From: Sphagnum compactum | Lineage: Eukaryota | Direction of reading: 5' to 3' | NCBI GenBank assembly: GCA_965153455.1 | Contig: OZ234493.1 | Coordinates: forward strand, 26,030,213-26,094,212 | DNA: 64,000 bases | Shown: positions 36,001 through 48,015 of the stretch, piece by piece | Numbering within the stretch: the first letter of the stretch is position 1 | Layout of the letters: the number at the start of each line of letters is the position of its first letter | The notes under the pieces: generated by a model | Databases searched by the model: none | The model's input: only the letters and a program-made list of their open reading frames with translations | What the model was told of the DNA's origin: nothing | Position numbers and translations under genes: made by a program

Positions 36001-39000
36001 TACTCACAAATCAAATTAATAATGAAATAGTCTTATGAAAACAAAAATACATGTGATGTATTTATGAATGAAGTAAGAACAAAAGTTGAACTTTTGCCAA
36101 AACATGAAGACATGGGAAATTTTTGAACTGAAAGAAGTAGGAATCCAGAATTGAATGAAATTAATGTAAAAAAATTAAATGCACAAAGAGTATTTTGGAG
36201 AGGAATTAACAAAAATGCATTGTGTTGTTCATTTTATTATGTGAATGATAACAAATAAGTTAATGTAACAACTCTTCAAACTATGCATTGTATTCTTTGC
36301 CATAGTAATCCAATATTGAATGTTAATCCAAAAATTAGGAAAGGATTAATCATCTATAATACAATTAATGACATAGTTGCATTGAGGAAACATGTCAATT
36401 CATATCATTCTAATATTTTAAAAAGTTTGAAGAAGAAATTAATTGTCCTTTGAAGGAAGATGAAATACAACCTTCCAAAAAGAGACCAAATGTTTTTTCT
36501 AACTCCATATCTAGTTTTTTTGTTGCAAAAGAACCTTTTAAGAAAGATAATGTGTAGCAAAAATAATTTCTGGAAGATTTGGCTCTTTTAATTGTCAAAA
36601 ACCATCTTTTTTTATAATTTGTAGAAAGTAGTTGGTTAAAACATTTAGTATGTATTTGTGTCCAAGAATTGTTTTTCCTTTCAAAAAATAAAATTTTAAT
36701 GAATTATTGGGCATTAATGAAAAAAATATTATATGTTTTACCAGCTTTAGTAGAGATGTCATTCTGCAAATGCAAGTTTTGATCTATGGATGTCAAAAGC
36801 TAGACATGATATTTTTGCATTAGTGATTTTTTTTAAGGAGTTGATTGGTAGCCAAAGCACATTACTCTTGGTCTTTTTGAGCCAACAGACACTACTGGAT
36901 AGACTTTGGTTTGAAAATGACAAAAATTTTGGACACATGCATTAAGGAAAAACATTATCGCTTATGTTAAGGATGAAGAATCTAATCTAAACACTATGAC
37001 TACAGCCTTACAATTAATTGTAAGTTGTCATATGTTGGGTTTGGAGGAAAGTTTTCATGACACTTGTTTTGGGCATGCATTTTCCAAGGTTTGCCAATAT
37101 GCTACAATAGAGGAAAAAATTTGCAAACATTTATGATATGGTGTCAATCAAATCTGCTCAAGGAGATTTGCAGAAATGGATAAGTTGGTTAAAAAATCTA
37201 GAAAGGGTAGGCAATAATGGGAAAAGGCATGTGTAAATTTAGGTCTTTCCCTTTGGAAATTGAATATTTCAGTAAAGACAAGGTAAATTTTTAGTTTTTA
37301 AAACTTTTTAATGTGCACATTTTTTTTCAATGTTTACTTTGCATAACATTTTTTTCAATTTTTTTCAACTGGTATTGTGCATGATTAACATTGTCTTTTG
37401 TTGTTACATATTTGTTAGCAAAATTATCCTTTTTCAGGAAGCTTTGCAATTCAAAAAAATAATTACATTATGTTACAACAGGCGGAATTCAATGAAAATG
37501 AGTGCAAGAGTACCACCTCCTTTGACATGGCACATTTGTCACATCATTATTGATTATCTTGGCCCTATTGTGTCTACTTTTATTTTGAACCAGTCTAGGG
37601 GTCATTGGTTGTTAAATGATGCATTAAATTTTGCCATATCCATGATCTAAAATTGAGGGATGAAATTAATTATGCAACCTTTCACAACTTAATGGAAGAA
37701 GATGGAAATGTTGTTTATGAGTTGTCATGTTTGGCTAACAACATAAAAAAGGAAGTTATTTAGGTTTTGGATTCTTTTTTTCCCTTTAAAAAAAAAATGA
37801 GGAAAGAAAGACCCATAATATGTTTTTTTAAATGTTGGACCCTAGGTTTAAAACTTTTCGTCTTGTGTCTTCACTTATTGGTCATGAACAAAGTAAGACA
37901 ATTGTTGAAGAATATGACAAAAAATCTTTATTTCCTATGCTCCTTAAATGTTATGATCATTTGCATCCATTTGTTGAATATGAAAGGGGTGTTGTTCATC
38001 AAAGGGTTGAAGAGGACAAAAGTTTGGATATCTTTGAGATGACAGCCAACACAAGTGAACCAACAACAAAATTGGTCAATAAAGAGCTTTTGATTTTTAG
38101 CTGTTATCAAATGGATGTTAAAGACATCAAATGTCCACTGCAATGGTGGGAAAACATGAAAACATGTTTCCTACAATTGGTTTTTGTTTTAGACAAATCT
38201 TAGGAATAGTTGGATTTCAAATTGAAACATAAAAAATATTTTCATTAACTGGATTCCTTACTAGTCTTAAGAGATGTCGTTTACAATCAAAAAATTTGGA
38301 TAAATTGATTTTTGTGAGCAAAAATTGGCCTAATGATCTTAGGATAGGTTGTAAATCCCTTTCTAGTTTGGTAGATTTTATTGATAGTGATCTTAATTTA
38401 AAAGAAGAGTTAGAGGAGTTTGAAGGAGCTTTTGAAAGGGACGAAGTTGTGGAGTTGTAAATTTTGAATTTTTTTCCCAATTTCCATATATTTTAAAGTA
38501 ACTTTTAAGGTTAAAAATTATTTTAATAAGTAAATAAACTAGATAATTATTAATTTAAATGTTAATTTCCAAAAAAATGAGAACCAGGTTGTGAGAACTA
38601 GATAGGAGAACCAGGTGAATTTGGAAACAATAAAAATCTTGAAAACTTGGTTATTTTTCACCAGCCCAATATATATATCTAATATATTAATTCACTAAGT
38701 CTGTCAGTCTGTCTGTGACCGTCCGTCTGTCTGTGACCCCTTTAGGTTTTAGGTTTCACCGTCCAATCTCTGACTGTTGGGTGACTGAAAGCGAAAGTTA
38801 GTATGCAAACTATCAAGGGGACTCACCACTTCGTAACTCTTCCTTTTATTTTACGTCTGATCGGGAATTGACCGTTAGATGCTGATCACCTACAACCGAA
38901 CGTTCTCATCACCCGGTGATTTTTTTTTCCCGCTTTTCCGGTTTTCGTTACAAAATTGGAGCCGGATACCGAACGCTGAGGCCTATAAGCGGTTTGGTGT

Positions 39001-39094
39001 CTTTTGGGGAGGTCTCGTAGACTTGCATCTGACAAGTTTGATGGCATATGTTTTGATTAATAGTATGGAGGGCATGGGATTTTAGGTGGCATTA

Positions 39095-42000
39095 CCGTAG
39101 TGCTCACCCTAAACCCCGCACATAAATAATTGCTCATCGAGGGTGCGGGGATAGGAAAATAGTCTCTAGAGGGTGCGGGAAGGGCTTCTGCGGGGAAATA
39201 AATAATAGGGTCCGAGCCACTGCGGGGAAGTTGGTGCGGGGTTCAAAAATAAAGGGCTTGGCGCGAAAATCAGTGAGTCCGCGGAGGGCCTTAGCACAGC
39301 AAAGTAAGATGGCACTCTTCAAGTTCGGATTCAAGAAGGGCATCAGCGCGATTGAGGCAGAGGAGCAGCGGCAGAGACAAGCGGAGAAGGCCAGAGAGAA
39401 GGATCTTGAAGATAAGGAGGCTGCAGCCCAAGCAGCAGCAGATGCACCACCTAAGAGGAAGCCTGGGAGGCCACCACTGGTTCACAAAGCAAAGCTGAAA
39501 GGCAAGCAGGCGACGGGACGCAAGCTCACGAAGTAGGCATGTCTTGGTGTGTAGTTGATCACTTGCTGGCAAGGATTAACTTCTTGCTTCCTATCTGCTG
39601 ACAAGATCTAAGTTGGCTTCCAGAACAGAGTAGCTTCTTGCTTCCTATCTGCTGATAAGATTAAAACAAGCTTCCAGAGAAGAGCCACACTAATAAGGGC
39701 TTGTGTCTGCAGGAAACTAGCCTCAAAGAACAACAAGAAGAAGAACTGGTGGAAGCCCTTCCTCATTGAGAGGATCCTGGCAGCCGTCCATGCCAAGAAC
39801 GGAGTGCGGCCTCCTGTGAAAGCGCTGAAGGAGGGGCCCCTCAGAACGCTGTTTGAGGGGCTGGACGAGAGCACTATGAGGGGGTGGTTCAAGAAGAGGG
39901 AAAGCCCAACTGGTCCATTCATCCTCACCAAGGAGGCCCAGGACAAGCTCAAAGCTGGCTTTTCTTCCCGTGGTGGCCGAAATCAGATGACCCTTTTCGT
40001 AGAGGTGAGTTGAAAGTCTGGCTTGCATTCGTTGACGTATTCACGCTTCCAGAGACACTTCCAATGGTTGTAATATGGTGAAATTAAATATTTTGGCTAC
40101 TGCAGGCACCGGACGTCGAGAAGGAGATTTACGAAGCTCTCTGTGCCCAGAGGACAGCTGGGAATGCAATCAACAGCGTCACCGCACAACACATCATGAT
40201 CGGCATCCTGGAGGCCCGCCGCCCTGACCTGCTGAAGAAGAACGGCGGGCGCTATGGGCCAAGCAGGCCAACTGTCCGCAGGTTCCTTAGGAAGAAGATG
40301 GGATGGACATTCAGGTACAGGCACAATTTCTTGTGAGCTTGGGCTGCTTATTGTTTACAGCTCTGCCACTACATGTGCTCTTTATCCAAGCAGAACTTTG
40401 GGCGCCTACAGCCATTTCTTTGAAAGCGCCCGCTGCTGTGCAAGCGACTTAAGTACAGTTGAATTCTGCGCAGGCGTGCGACAGGCGCAGCACAAAAGTT
40501 GCCAAAGGACTATGAGCGTCTGGTGGACGAAATGAACCTGCGCATGGCATGGTGCTGCTACTTGTACAAGATTCCGCCTGAGTTCGTCTTCAGCATGGAC
40601 GAAACGTTTGTGTGGTACACACCCATGGGGATGGCAACCACATACGATATCAGGAACGCGAAACAGGTGTGCAGCTCTAATCTTTTGGGAAGCCTCACCG
40701 TGCTTGCCTGCCATGAAGATGAAATGGGTCAAATTGTGCAAGTTAATGCGCTAATGGACTCTTGCGGTGGAGACAAGCAACCTTTGAATGCAGGTGCAAG
40801 TCACCGGCAAGGAGGACAAGCGTGGCCTCACAGCCTGCGTCACAACAACGCTCGCAGGGATTGTGCTGGTGCTGCAGCTGATCTACGGCGGCCAGAGGGA
40901 GAAGAGCCTGCCTAGGAAGGAGGCGCGCAGCGAGGCTGAGGCAGCTGGCTTCGTCTTCAGCTTGACCAAGAACCACTAGTGCATGCTCGAGTCCATGCAG
41001 GAGTGGATCGAGAAGGTGAATATCCTAAATAGTTTTGTTATACCTCCGCAAGCTGCAACATTGACTGGGGATGCAGTAATTCTGGACGATACCTGGTACA
41101 AACATTTTTTTCAAAATCATCGTCACTCATAGCATTTGGTTCTCTGCAGCTGATCTACCCAGCCTATGTGCGTGTCTGCGAGGAGGGCACTGACCTGCTG
41201 CCTCCCCGCGAGCAGCCGCTGCTGCTGCAGCTGGATGTCTACAGCGTCCACCGCGGCGCCCTATTCAGGGACTGGCTGAAGCTGAACCACCCGTACATGC
41301 ACATCGTGTTTGTGCCGGGAGGGACTACCTCGGTTGCTCAGGTAGCCATTCTTGACAGGGATAGCATTTTTCCTCTAATTGACTGCATTGGTCCTCTAAT
41401 TTTGCACTAACATTTAATGCTCTGTGAGATTGCTTTGCGTTGCTGTGGTCAAGCCATTGAAATCAAATCCTTGCCTGAGCAGCATTACTTTTTCCTCTCC
41501 CCATGATGCAGTTTAAAGAAGAAACTCATTTGTGAGTTGACAAAACATTCATTCTTGCGCAAGTGGCAGATATTGTCCTCAACAAGCCGTTCAAGAACGC
41601 TGTACGCCAGCGGTTCTGCGACTGGTCAGCAAGCCTCGTGGCAGAGCAGGTCAAGTCGGGCATCGCGCCCAAGGACTGCAAGCTGGACCTCTCCGTCGGC
41701 CGCCTGAAGGACGAGGGCATCCACTGGATCTACGCTGGCTGGGAGCGCATCAAGGGAATGCAACGCAGCGTGCTGGATGGCTACGCCAAGGCGAGCACCT
41801 TGCAGATCTTTGAGGAGGGGACGCGGCACCGGGCCGCAGCCGCGTGCGCGCAGCTGGGCTTGTAGATAGAACTGCCGCGAGCGTCAGCAGCAGAGCTGGC
41901 ACACGCAAACGAGGTGCCTGCCGAGGATGAGGAGGAGGCATATGACGACAACGACAGCGATGCAGAGTCAGAGTTGAGCAGCGGGTCGTCAGATGCAGAG

Positions 42001-42498
42001 TGGGACTCGGACTTTGAGCTGCCTGCTGACAAATTGTCCATGCGCTTGAGGAGCATCCGCAAGAGAACAACTGCAGTGAGCGCAGACCTTGTTAATGAGG
42101 CAGCAGCATCTGGCGCATCAGATGAGGATGGCGAATCAGCAGAGGATTCTGACAGTGCAGAGGCAGACGAGGAGTAGGGCAGCTCAGCTTGTGGAGCGCT
42201 CGCTTAGCAATAGCTAGGGAGTGCTGCAAAGGGTTCCTCAGGACCTTTGGGAAAGATTTGGGAAAATAGAAGTGTGCAATGGAACCGTGTTCAGCCAGCC
42301 CAACGATATAGACGGGGACACTGACTGTGTGTACTGACTATTTGTGGTATTGCCATTTTCCCTTGCGGGACCCTTAATTAATTGTTTCTTTCTGCTGCGG
42401 GATTGCAAAACTCTTAATCTGGCCTGCGGGGACTGCCTGCGGGAGGGAAAAAATAATTCCATTTTCTGGGGCTGCGGGGTTTAGGGTGAGCACTACGG
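39095..42498 (+). mobile_element. Tc1/mariner-superfamily pogo-like DNA transposon (3.4 kb)
   Basis: Perfect 26-bp TIRs CCGTAGTGCTCACCCTAAACCCCGCA (39095-39120 / 42473-42498), TA TSD on both sides, repeated subterminal TGCGGG(G/A) motifs. Confidence 0.95.
39309..42177 (+). pseudogene. pogo-like (DDE_1-type) transposase, 7 exons (39309-39532, 39713-40004, 40106-40314, 40474-40666, 40794-41015, 41150-41341, 41563-42177), inactivated by three point lesions
   Basis: AT-hook-like KRKPGRPP; HTH region TVRRFLRKKMGWTFR; RRATGAAQKLP; catalytic MDET, QLDVYSVH and QVAD; NKPFK; acidic tail. Stops at 40977-40979 and 41863-41865; last acceptor reads AA (41561-41562). Confidence 0.88.
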
Positions 42499-44895
42499 TA
42501 TAGGGGTGCTTGCAAGGTGCTTGGAGAATAAGCATCGCACTCTACAAAATGTATTTCCATGCTTTGCCATTTGTTGTGACATATCTCCTTTAGATGTAGC
42601 AGCTCTCCACATTTTTAATGCAAAGCCGATGCAAAGTTTTTAATATTCAAGAACAAAAATATAAAAGTGAAAAATAAACACTTTATTTTTATTATACAAA
42701 ATAAAAACAGAAAACACATAAAAATAAAAAATAAAAAAGATAAAAGCTCACTTCACCATGTATGTTTTCATGGGGGACTTTTCAATGAATTTTCGTCACG
42801 GGTACCCACTAGTATATATATAAAAGAACTAATCACGTTCTCATAACATAATGTAAGAACCAAAACCAAAACTGGTCAGTTCTCCAAAAAAAATGAGAAT
42901 CGCCCAACATTGGTCTTGACCCCCCCCCCACTTTTGGGGGCGCTAACTTTCTCAATCCTATTCCATTTTTGACGATTTTTAGTGCGCAAGATGCACCAAC
43001 AGGAGGGGTTCAAGTTTTGTTTGGACACTAGAACAACAGAGCCCTCCCCTTGGATCTAGCCTGCCCTGAGCACTTAAGTGTTCGGTCACCGGTGAGTTTA
43101 CCCTAAATGGAAAACACCTGAAATCCATGAATATAACCTCCTTGAAAAGGGCCACAGTGAACCAGCACCCACGACTGCACCCTGAAGGATGAATGGTAAG
43201 TGGTCAGGAAACAGTTTCCTATCTGGTTCCAGTTCCCTAGCTAACCATGGTGGTTAGCTTAGTTGCTTTTTTGTTCTACCACCTACTAACTACTCACAAG
43301 CAGGTTGTCAGTAGGTAGGTAATAAAAACATCCTTCACCTATGTATAAACCATCTACTTACCTAGTAAAAACCTATTTTCAGACCTATCTACCTATATAT
43401 GAGACCTATTTTCCAACAGAGGCCTAGTTTTTTGGCCTTGCCTTGCCTACTAACACAAGGATATTGTGTTTAGATTCATTATAGAGTACAGTAGCTTAAG
43501 GGATTTGGGCCCCTAGGCAATAATAATAGGTCTATTTTATGAAGATATTAGAAAAATGAAATTTTGGCTAGTGTTGAAACTTGAGATTAATTAGAGAGGT
43601 ATAATATCTCAAAGGATTTTGGTTTCTTTTAGAGGATTGTTGGAAGATTATATTTTTGCGTGGTGAAATATTTGAGTTTCCAGAATTGTTCTTTTGGCTT
43701 AAGATACTTTTTAATGTAAATGGCAAGGCCATAGTGTGACACACCCCTTGTTTTCTTTGGGGGAAGGGTGGGATGGGTGTCGGATTTCATGTTTTCATCT
43801 CATACAATAGAGTCACATTCAACCATCAGAAGCCATTTCATCTGGTGGGCTTTTACGTTCATCCACATCATTGATAAATATGTGTTGGAGAAAACCCAAA
43901 ACCACCCCCCCCCCCCCCCCCCCCCAACCCCCAAAACCCCCAAACTCTTGAGGTTCTTCTCAAAATGTGATTCAAACGCACTAAAAGGCAACTTTCAAAA
44001 GTCTCTTCTCAAACCTGAAGTAGCAAACCCTAAACCCTAAGTTGTTTGCTCTTGTCATCAAGGAGAAAAATAAAATTTGGCTAAGAGTATTTTGGATGGC
44101 TTTAACAATAGTGTGAATTGAGTTTGGATTTGAAAATATGCACAATATATGGTGATTTAAAAAAGGGCCAACAAAAGAAAATGATTGCTCTTGATTGGTC
44201 ACCAATAGCGATTGGTTCAGATGGTGGTATTTAAATAGTCTCTGAATTTGTATTGTCCAATTTTTCATCTTTTTGAGAAAATATTGACACTCTTATGATG
44301 AAGTGTTTCTTGTAAGGATTTTGTGATGCAGTCAAACTACGGTAGTGAAACTAGTGATCATTCCAAAAATAATTTAGCCAAATTTGGTTATATATTAGAT
44401 ACCAAAGTAGAAAAAAAGAACCTTTCTATATTCCTGGCTACCTGATAGGAATTTGGCAATTTGGATTTTTCTTTTCTTTGAAATCTGGCAAATTTGGTCC
44501 ATTTTTAAACTGACAGATATTTTGTATAGGTCACGATCATGTTATTCAAGTCGTTTAAATTTGGTGAAAATTTGCCAATAAAAGAAACATTATTCCGATG
44601 TGGCAAATAATGATAAAAGCCCAAATAAGGGATGTGGGTGGGTGGAGATGCTCTTACAACTAATGGTTTTTAGCCAAAAAAATTGGAAAATTTTGTTTCT
44701 ATCTAACCTAGATTTGAGTAATCAATTTACTGAATTATTATTTTTAAATGATTAAAAAAAAAACTGGTTCCCAACCCAATTTAGAGTCAGTGTAGACTTT
44801 ATGGAGTGATGTGCACACCCAATTTAGGTCACATGCAGAATTGGCAAAATCCAATGTTGTAAAGGCACGGATGATGCACAAAAATAAATCAAGAG

Positions 44896-45010
44896 TTGGT
44901 AAAATCGAATGTGATAAAGTCAAAGATTCAAACTCATGTGATGTTGCAACGGGTTGGTAAAATCGAATGTGATAAAGTCAAAGATTCAAACTCATGCGAC
45001 GTTGAAACGG
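44896..45010 (+). repeat. ~57-bp tandem duplication
   Basis: GTTGGTAAAATCGAATGTGATAAAGTCAAAGATTCAAACTCATG...GTTG..ACGGG occurs twice. Confidence 0.9.
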
Positions 45011-46547
45011 GCAACAAATGTAATGCATCGTGTCAAGTAGTGCCAATCAAAGTCGGTTCAAAATGAAGACGTACCACTCCCTTTCATGCTGTACTCCGTA
45101 CCAGTGTGGTCTCTAAGCTTGCCTCCAAGTTGCATCACGAGTGCAGCCAACCAACCGAGTCGAACTTTCTCACTTCCAATGAACTTTCCAAAACTAAATA
45201 ATATATTTCTGAAGGTGGTGGGGGTGTGGGCAATTCTCGGGATCCCAGAATACACAAAACCCCATCATAATCTAGGCCTCATTTGGAGGTAAAAAGTAAG
45301 CACTACGGAATGGGCACAAAAGGTCCATTCCACCAAGGAAACCGACAGTACAATCTGTCGTTCCAGCAGGTCATTACAGGTTCTAGCAAGGAATGTTCTA
45401 GAACTAGTGTTCCCATGGCTGATTCACATAACAGCAATACATTATATTTGTATGTAGGTGTGAAGGAAAAATGTTATGACCAATGAAATTGCTAGATTTG
45501 GTGGTCTGATAAGATTTTTTTTTTGTCAGACCAATGGGATTCCTGGATTTGGTAGTTTGAATTTGTTTTCTTAGTTACCTTGAGTGAATTGAAGAGTTGA
45601 ATGTGTGATAACTATTTACAGACATAGTTCTTGCACATTACTTGTGCACTTTCTTCTGAAATGAGATATTACTGGGGGATTCTCAATTTCACTTGTAATG
45701 TGAATTGATGGTGGATAACAAGCTTGAGAGTGAATCAACTGTGGGGAAAGCCATGTTGGAACAGGCCCAGGAAGAATCCATCACCACCTAATGGAATGGT
45801 GGCTTGCCTTACAAGGTTAGTCATGTTCCTGCGTAGAAAAGTAGGCCCCATTACATATTACATAGATAATTTGTTTAACCCTAACACAGACTAAGTATGG
45901 GGGGGATCACAAAATACAGAAGAGCTGGGTGTAAATGGCCGATCATGTTTCTTGGTTCTTTTCATGTAGCAAATTTCAACTACCAGATTCAGGACGACAA
46001 CTAGATTTCACGTGTGTTGAGCTGCAGAATGCTCTTTATTCAATATAAAGTATTATTTCCCAAAGGAGCTTTTCATTTCATTTTCATCGAAAGGAAAGGA
46101 AAGGAATACGAAAGGAGCCTCGACATACCGATAGATAGTCAAACAAATGTGACACCGCCCGCACTGAGTCAGCTAGGTTTTGGGAAGGCTTGAGCCTGAA
46201 GAAATTTAGTTTCCGCGTGCTGAAAAGCTTATGAAAGTATGAATCTTTCACTCAGAACCCTAATCTTCTACTGTCCATCAAGTTTTCAAAAAATATATAT
46301 CACAGAAATCTCTCACTCGGAACACTAGTGCACTCAATCAAGTTTTCCATTGTAAACCTAGGGATCTTTATTGCATTCTTTGATCGAAATCACATCTTCA
46401 CACACAAATTGTTACATAGGTGGGTTTTGATGTACATGCTTCAAAATTGAAATCACATCTTTGCACCGCAAGTTTTACTTCTTGTTTAGTTTCGTTTTGT
46501 CATTTTCGGGGGGCCGAACGGAATGCAATTCCAAATTGGTGTGAGCA

Positions 46548-47453
46548 ATGGCTGAGACGACATCAAATTGGCTCTGGTTTTTACAAGTATTTGGGCTCAA
46601 TCTCTGGTCGACAGTGTACAAGTACGTCATCTTTACGCTCGCGATTCAAGCTCTGTTTGAGAACGGTGAGGACAGTCCGTGTGAGTGGGTTCCGATACCC
46701 TATCTCACTGATTACTGTAGGATTTTCTTCACAGGGGATTATCTCTTCCTGTCCGAAAGGTTCACCATGACCCTGATCGTCGTTGCCGCAACCATCGAGT
46801 GGCTGAACAATTTCTCTTTCTTCAATTTGGTGTACAAGTACATCATTTCCAAAGTGTTACACCAAAAGGGACCTTTCTTTGCAGAGCTCCGAAGGATGTT
46901 GTACTCTTCTTCGGCTTTCAAAGAGGGTGGCTTGGTTTCTTGCAACCCGGCCGAACTGTGGCCGGCCACACTCGTGTTGTCCGACATTGGCTTCCTCCAT
47001 GCCAAACCCAACGATGCCAAGGAAGACACGTTGGAGATTAAAGCCGAAACACGGGGTGTGTTTAGATTTGTGATCGGGCAGCTCGATATAAACATCAAGA
47101 CGAACCAGCTAACTTCCAACGAGGAAATCTGGCATGTGGAGTCGATCACAAACATAGAAGACTCCGAGACGGAGGTGCTGCTGAGAGAGATGACCAGCCA
47201 ACAAGTGAATTTGCTGATCAGGGTTTTGGGAAAGTGGGAGAAAGCAACGCCCCATGTGGGTGTGATCGAATCCGCCTCCAAACTACTCGGCTTCAATGTT
47301 CTCCATGCCATGCAACTCTCCGAGATTCTGGACCACATTAAGGAGGGCAAAGACATAATGATGAATGATACTTCTCTCCAAGGACAGCGTGTTTTCATTG
47401 CAGGGCAAGTGGGTTCAGTGAAATTCAAGCAAAAAAAGCACGAAGAAGTTTAA
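46548..47453 (+). CDS. Uncharacterised intronless 301-aa protein with N-terminal hydrophobic (probable transmembrane) segments
   Basis: Uninterrupted 906-nt ATG-TAA ORF in AT-rich, stop-dense surroundings; good start context (GCAATGG); many C/G-ending codons; TATA-like sequence near 46293. Confidence 0.7.
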   Translation: MAETTSNWLWFLQVFGLNLWSTVYKYVIFTLAIQALFENGEDSPCEWVPIPYLTDYCRIFFTGDYLFLSERFTMTLIVVAATIEWLNNFSFFNLVYKYIISKVLHQKGPFFAELRRMLYSSSAFKEGGLVSCNPAELWPATLVLSDIGFLHAKPNDAKEDTLEIKAETRGVFRFVIGQLDINIKTNQLTSNEEIWHVESITNIEDSETEVLLREMTSQQVNLLIRVLGKWEKATPHVGVIESASKLLGFNVLHAMQLSEILDHIKEGKDIMMNDTSLQGQRVFIAGQVGSVKFKQKKHEEV

Positions 47454-47670
47454 GCTAACAATTTTGTAAATGATTATTTTCTCGATTTTCTAACTAGCTT
47501 GGTCCATGCTTTGCAGCAGCTGGGCAATGTGCAATCTAGGCTTTCTTAGGGGTGCAGTCTTATAGTTGGAACTTTTCATTTGTATGAATTAGGGAATCTA
47601 GTGCTAATCCTAGTGATAACCTGCTAAACTGCTTATATCTCAGGCTAGTCCTCTAATTGTAACAAAAACA

Positions 47671-48015
47671 TACTATTACAAAATGTGAGTGCAATTCATT
47701 AGTTTTTGTTAGTGGATCAATGAATTCACTACATCCTCATTGGATCTTGTTTTTTAAGACCAGTGAATTCACTACAAAATGTGAGTGCAATTCATTAGTT
47801 TTTGTTAGTGGATCAATGAATTCACTACATCCTCATTGGATCTTGTTTCTTAAGACCTGTGAATTCACTATAAAATGTGAATGCAATTCATTAGTTTTTG
47901 TTAGTGGATCAATGAATTCACTACATCCTCATTGGATCTTGTTTTTTAAGACCAGTGAATTCACTCAAAATTCAGTGAAATCATTTGGTGTACAAGGATA
48001 CATTTTATTGCAATG
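47671..48015 (+). mobile_element. Degenerate CACTA-type MITE with an internal 96-bp unit repeated three times
   Basis: Ends TACTATTACAAAATGTG and ATTTTATTGCAATG resemble the element at 58489-58642; the 96-bp unit occurs three times. Confidence 0.65.

Larger units (their letters stand above)
38678..42812 (+). mobile_element. Non-autonomous Helitron-like element inserted in an (AT)n tract, itself interrupted by the pogo element
   Basis: 5' A|TCTAATATATTAATT, GTCY repeats just inside, 3' CACGGGTACCCACTAG|T. Insertion is between A and T with no TSD. The 3' hairpin is degenerate. Confidence 0.7.
34676..42912 (+). mobile_element. hAT DNA transposon with degenerate transposase (~36050-38460), interrupted by nested elements
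   Basis: TIRs GAATGTTGGG / CCCAACATTG; 8-bp TSD GTCTTGAC at 34668-34675 and 42913-42920; BED-like CILC...LRKH, SFDLWMS, CFGHAF, PVKTR-like, LDPRFK, PLQWW and dimerisation-domain remnants with many stops and frameshifts. Confidence 0.92.
34257..43103. mobile_element. TA-flanked MITE split by nested insertions (own sequence ~34257-34675 plus 42913-43103)
   Basis: Termini TGGTAAACTGGCC and GGTGAGTTTACCC are imperfect inverted repeats, each flanked by TA. Confidence 0.6.

Noticed and set aside
46739-47428. 229-aa antisense ORF, and similar antisense ORFs over DUF1997, CXIP4 and MTN
   Set aside because: Shadow ORFs expected from codon bias on the coding strand; no motifs.
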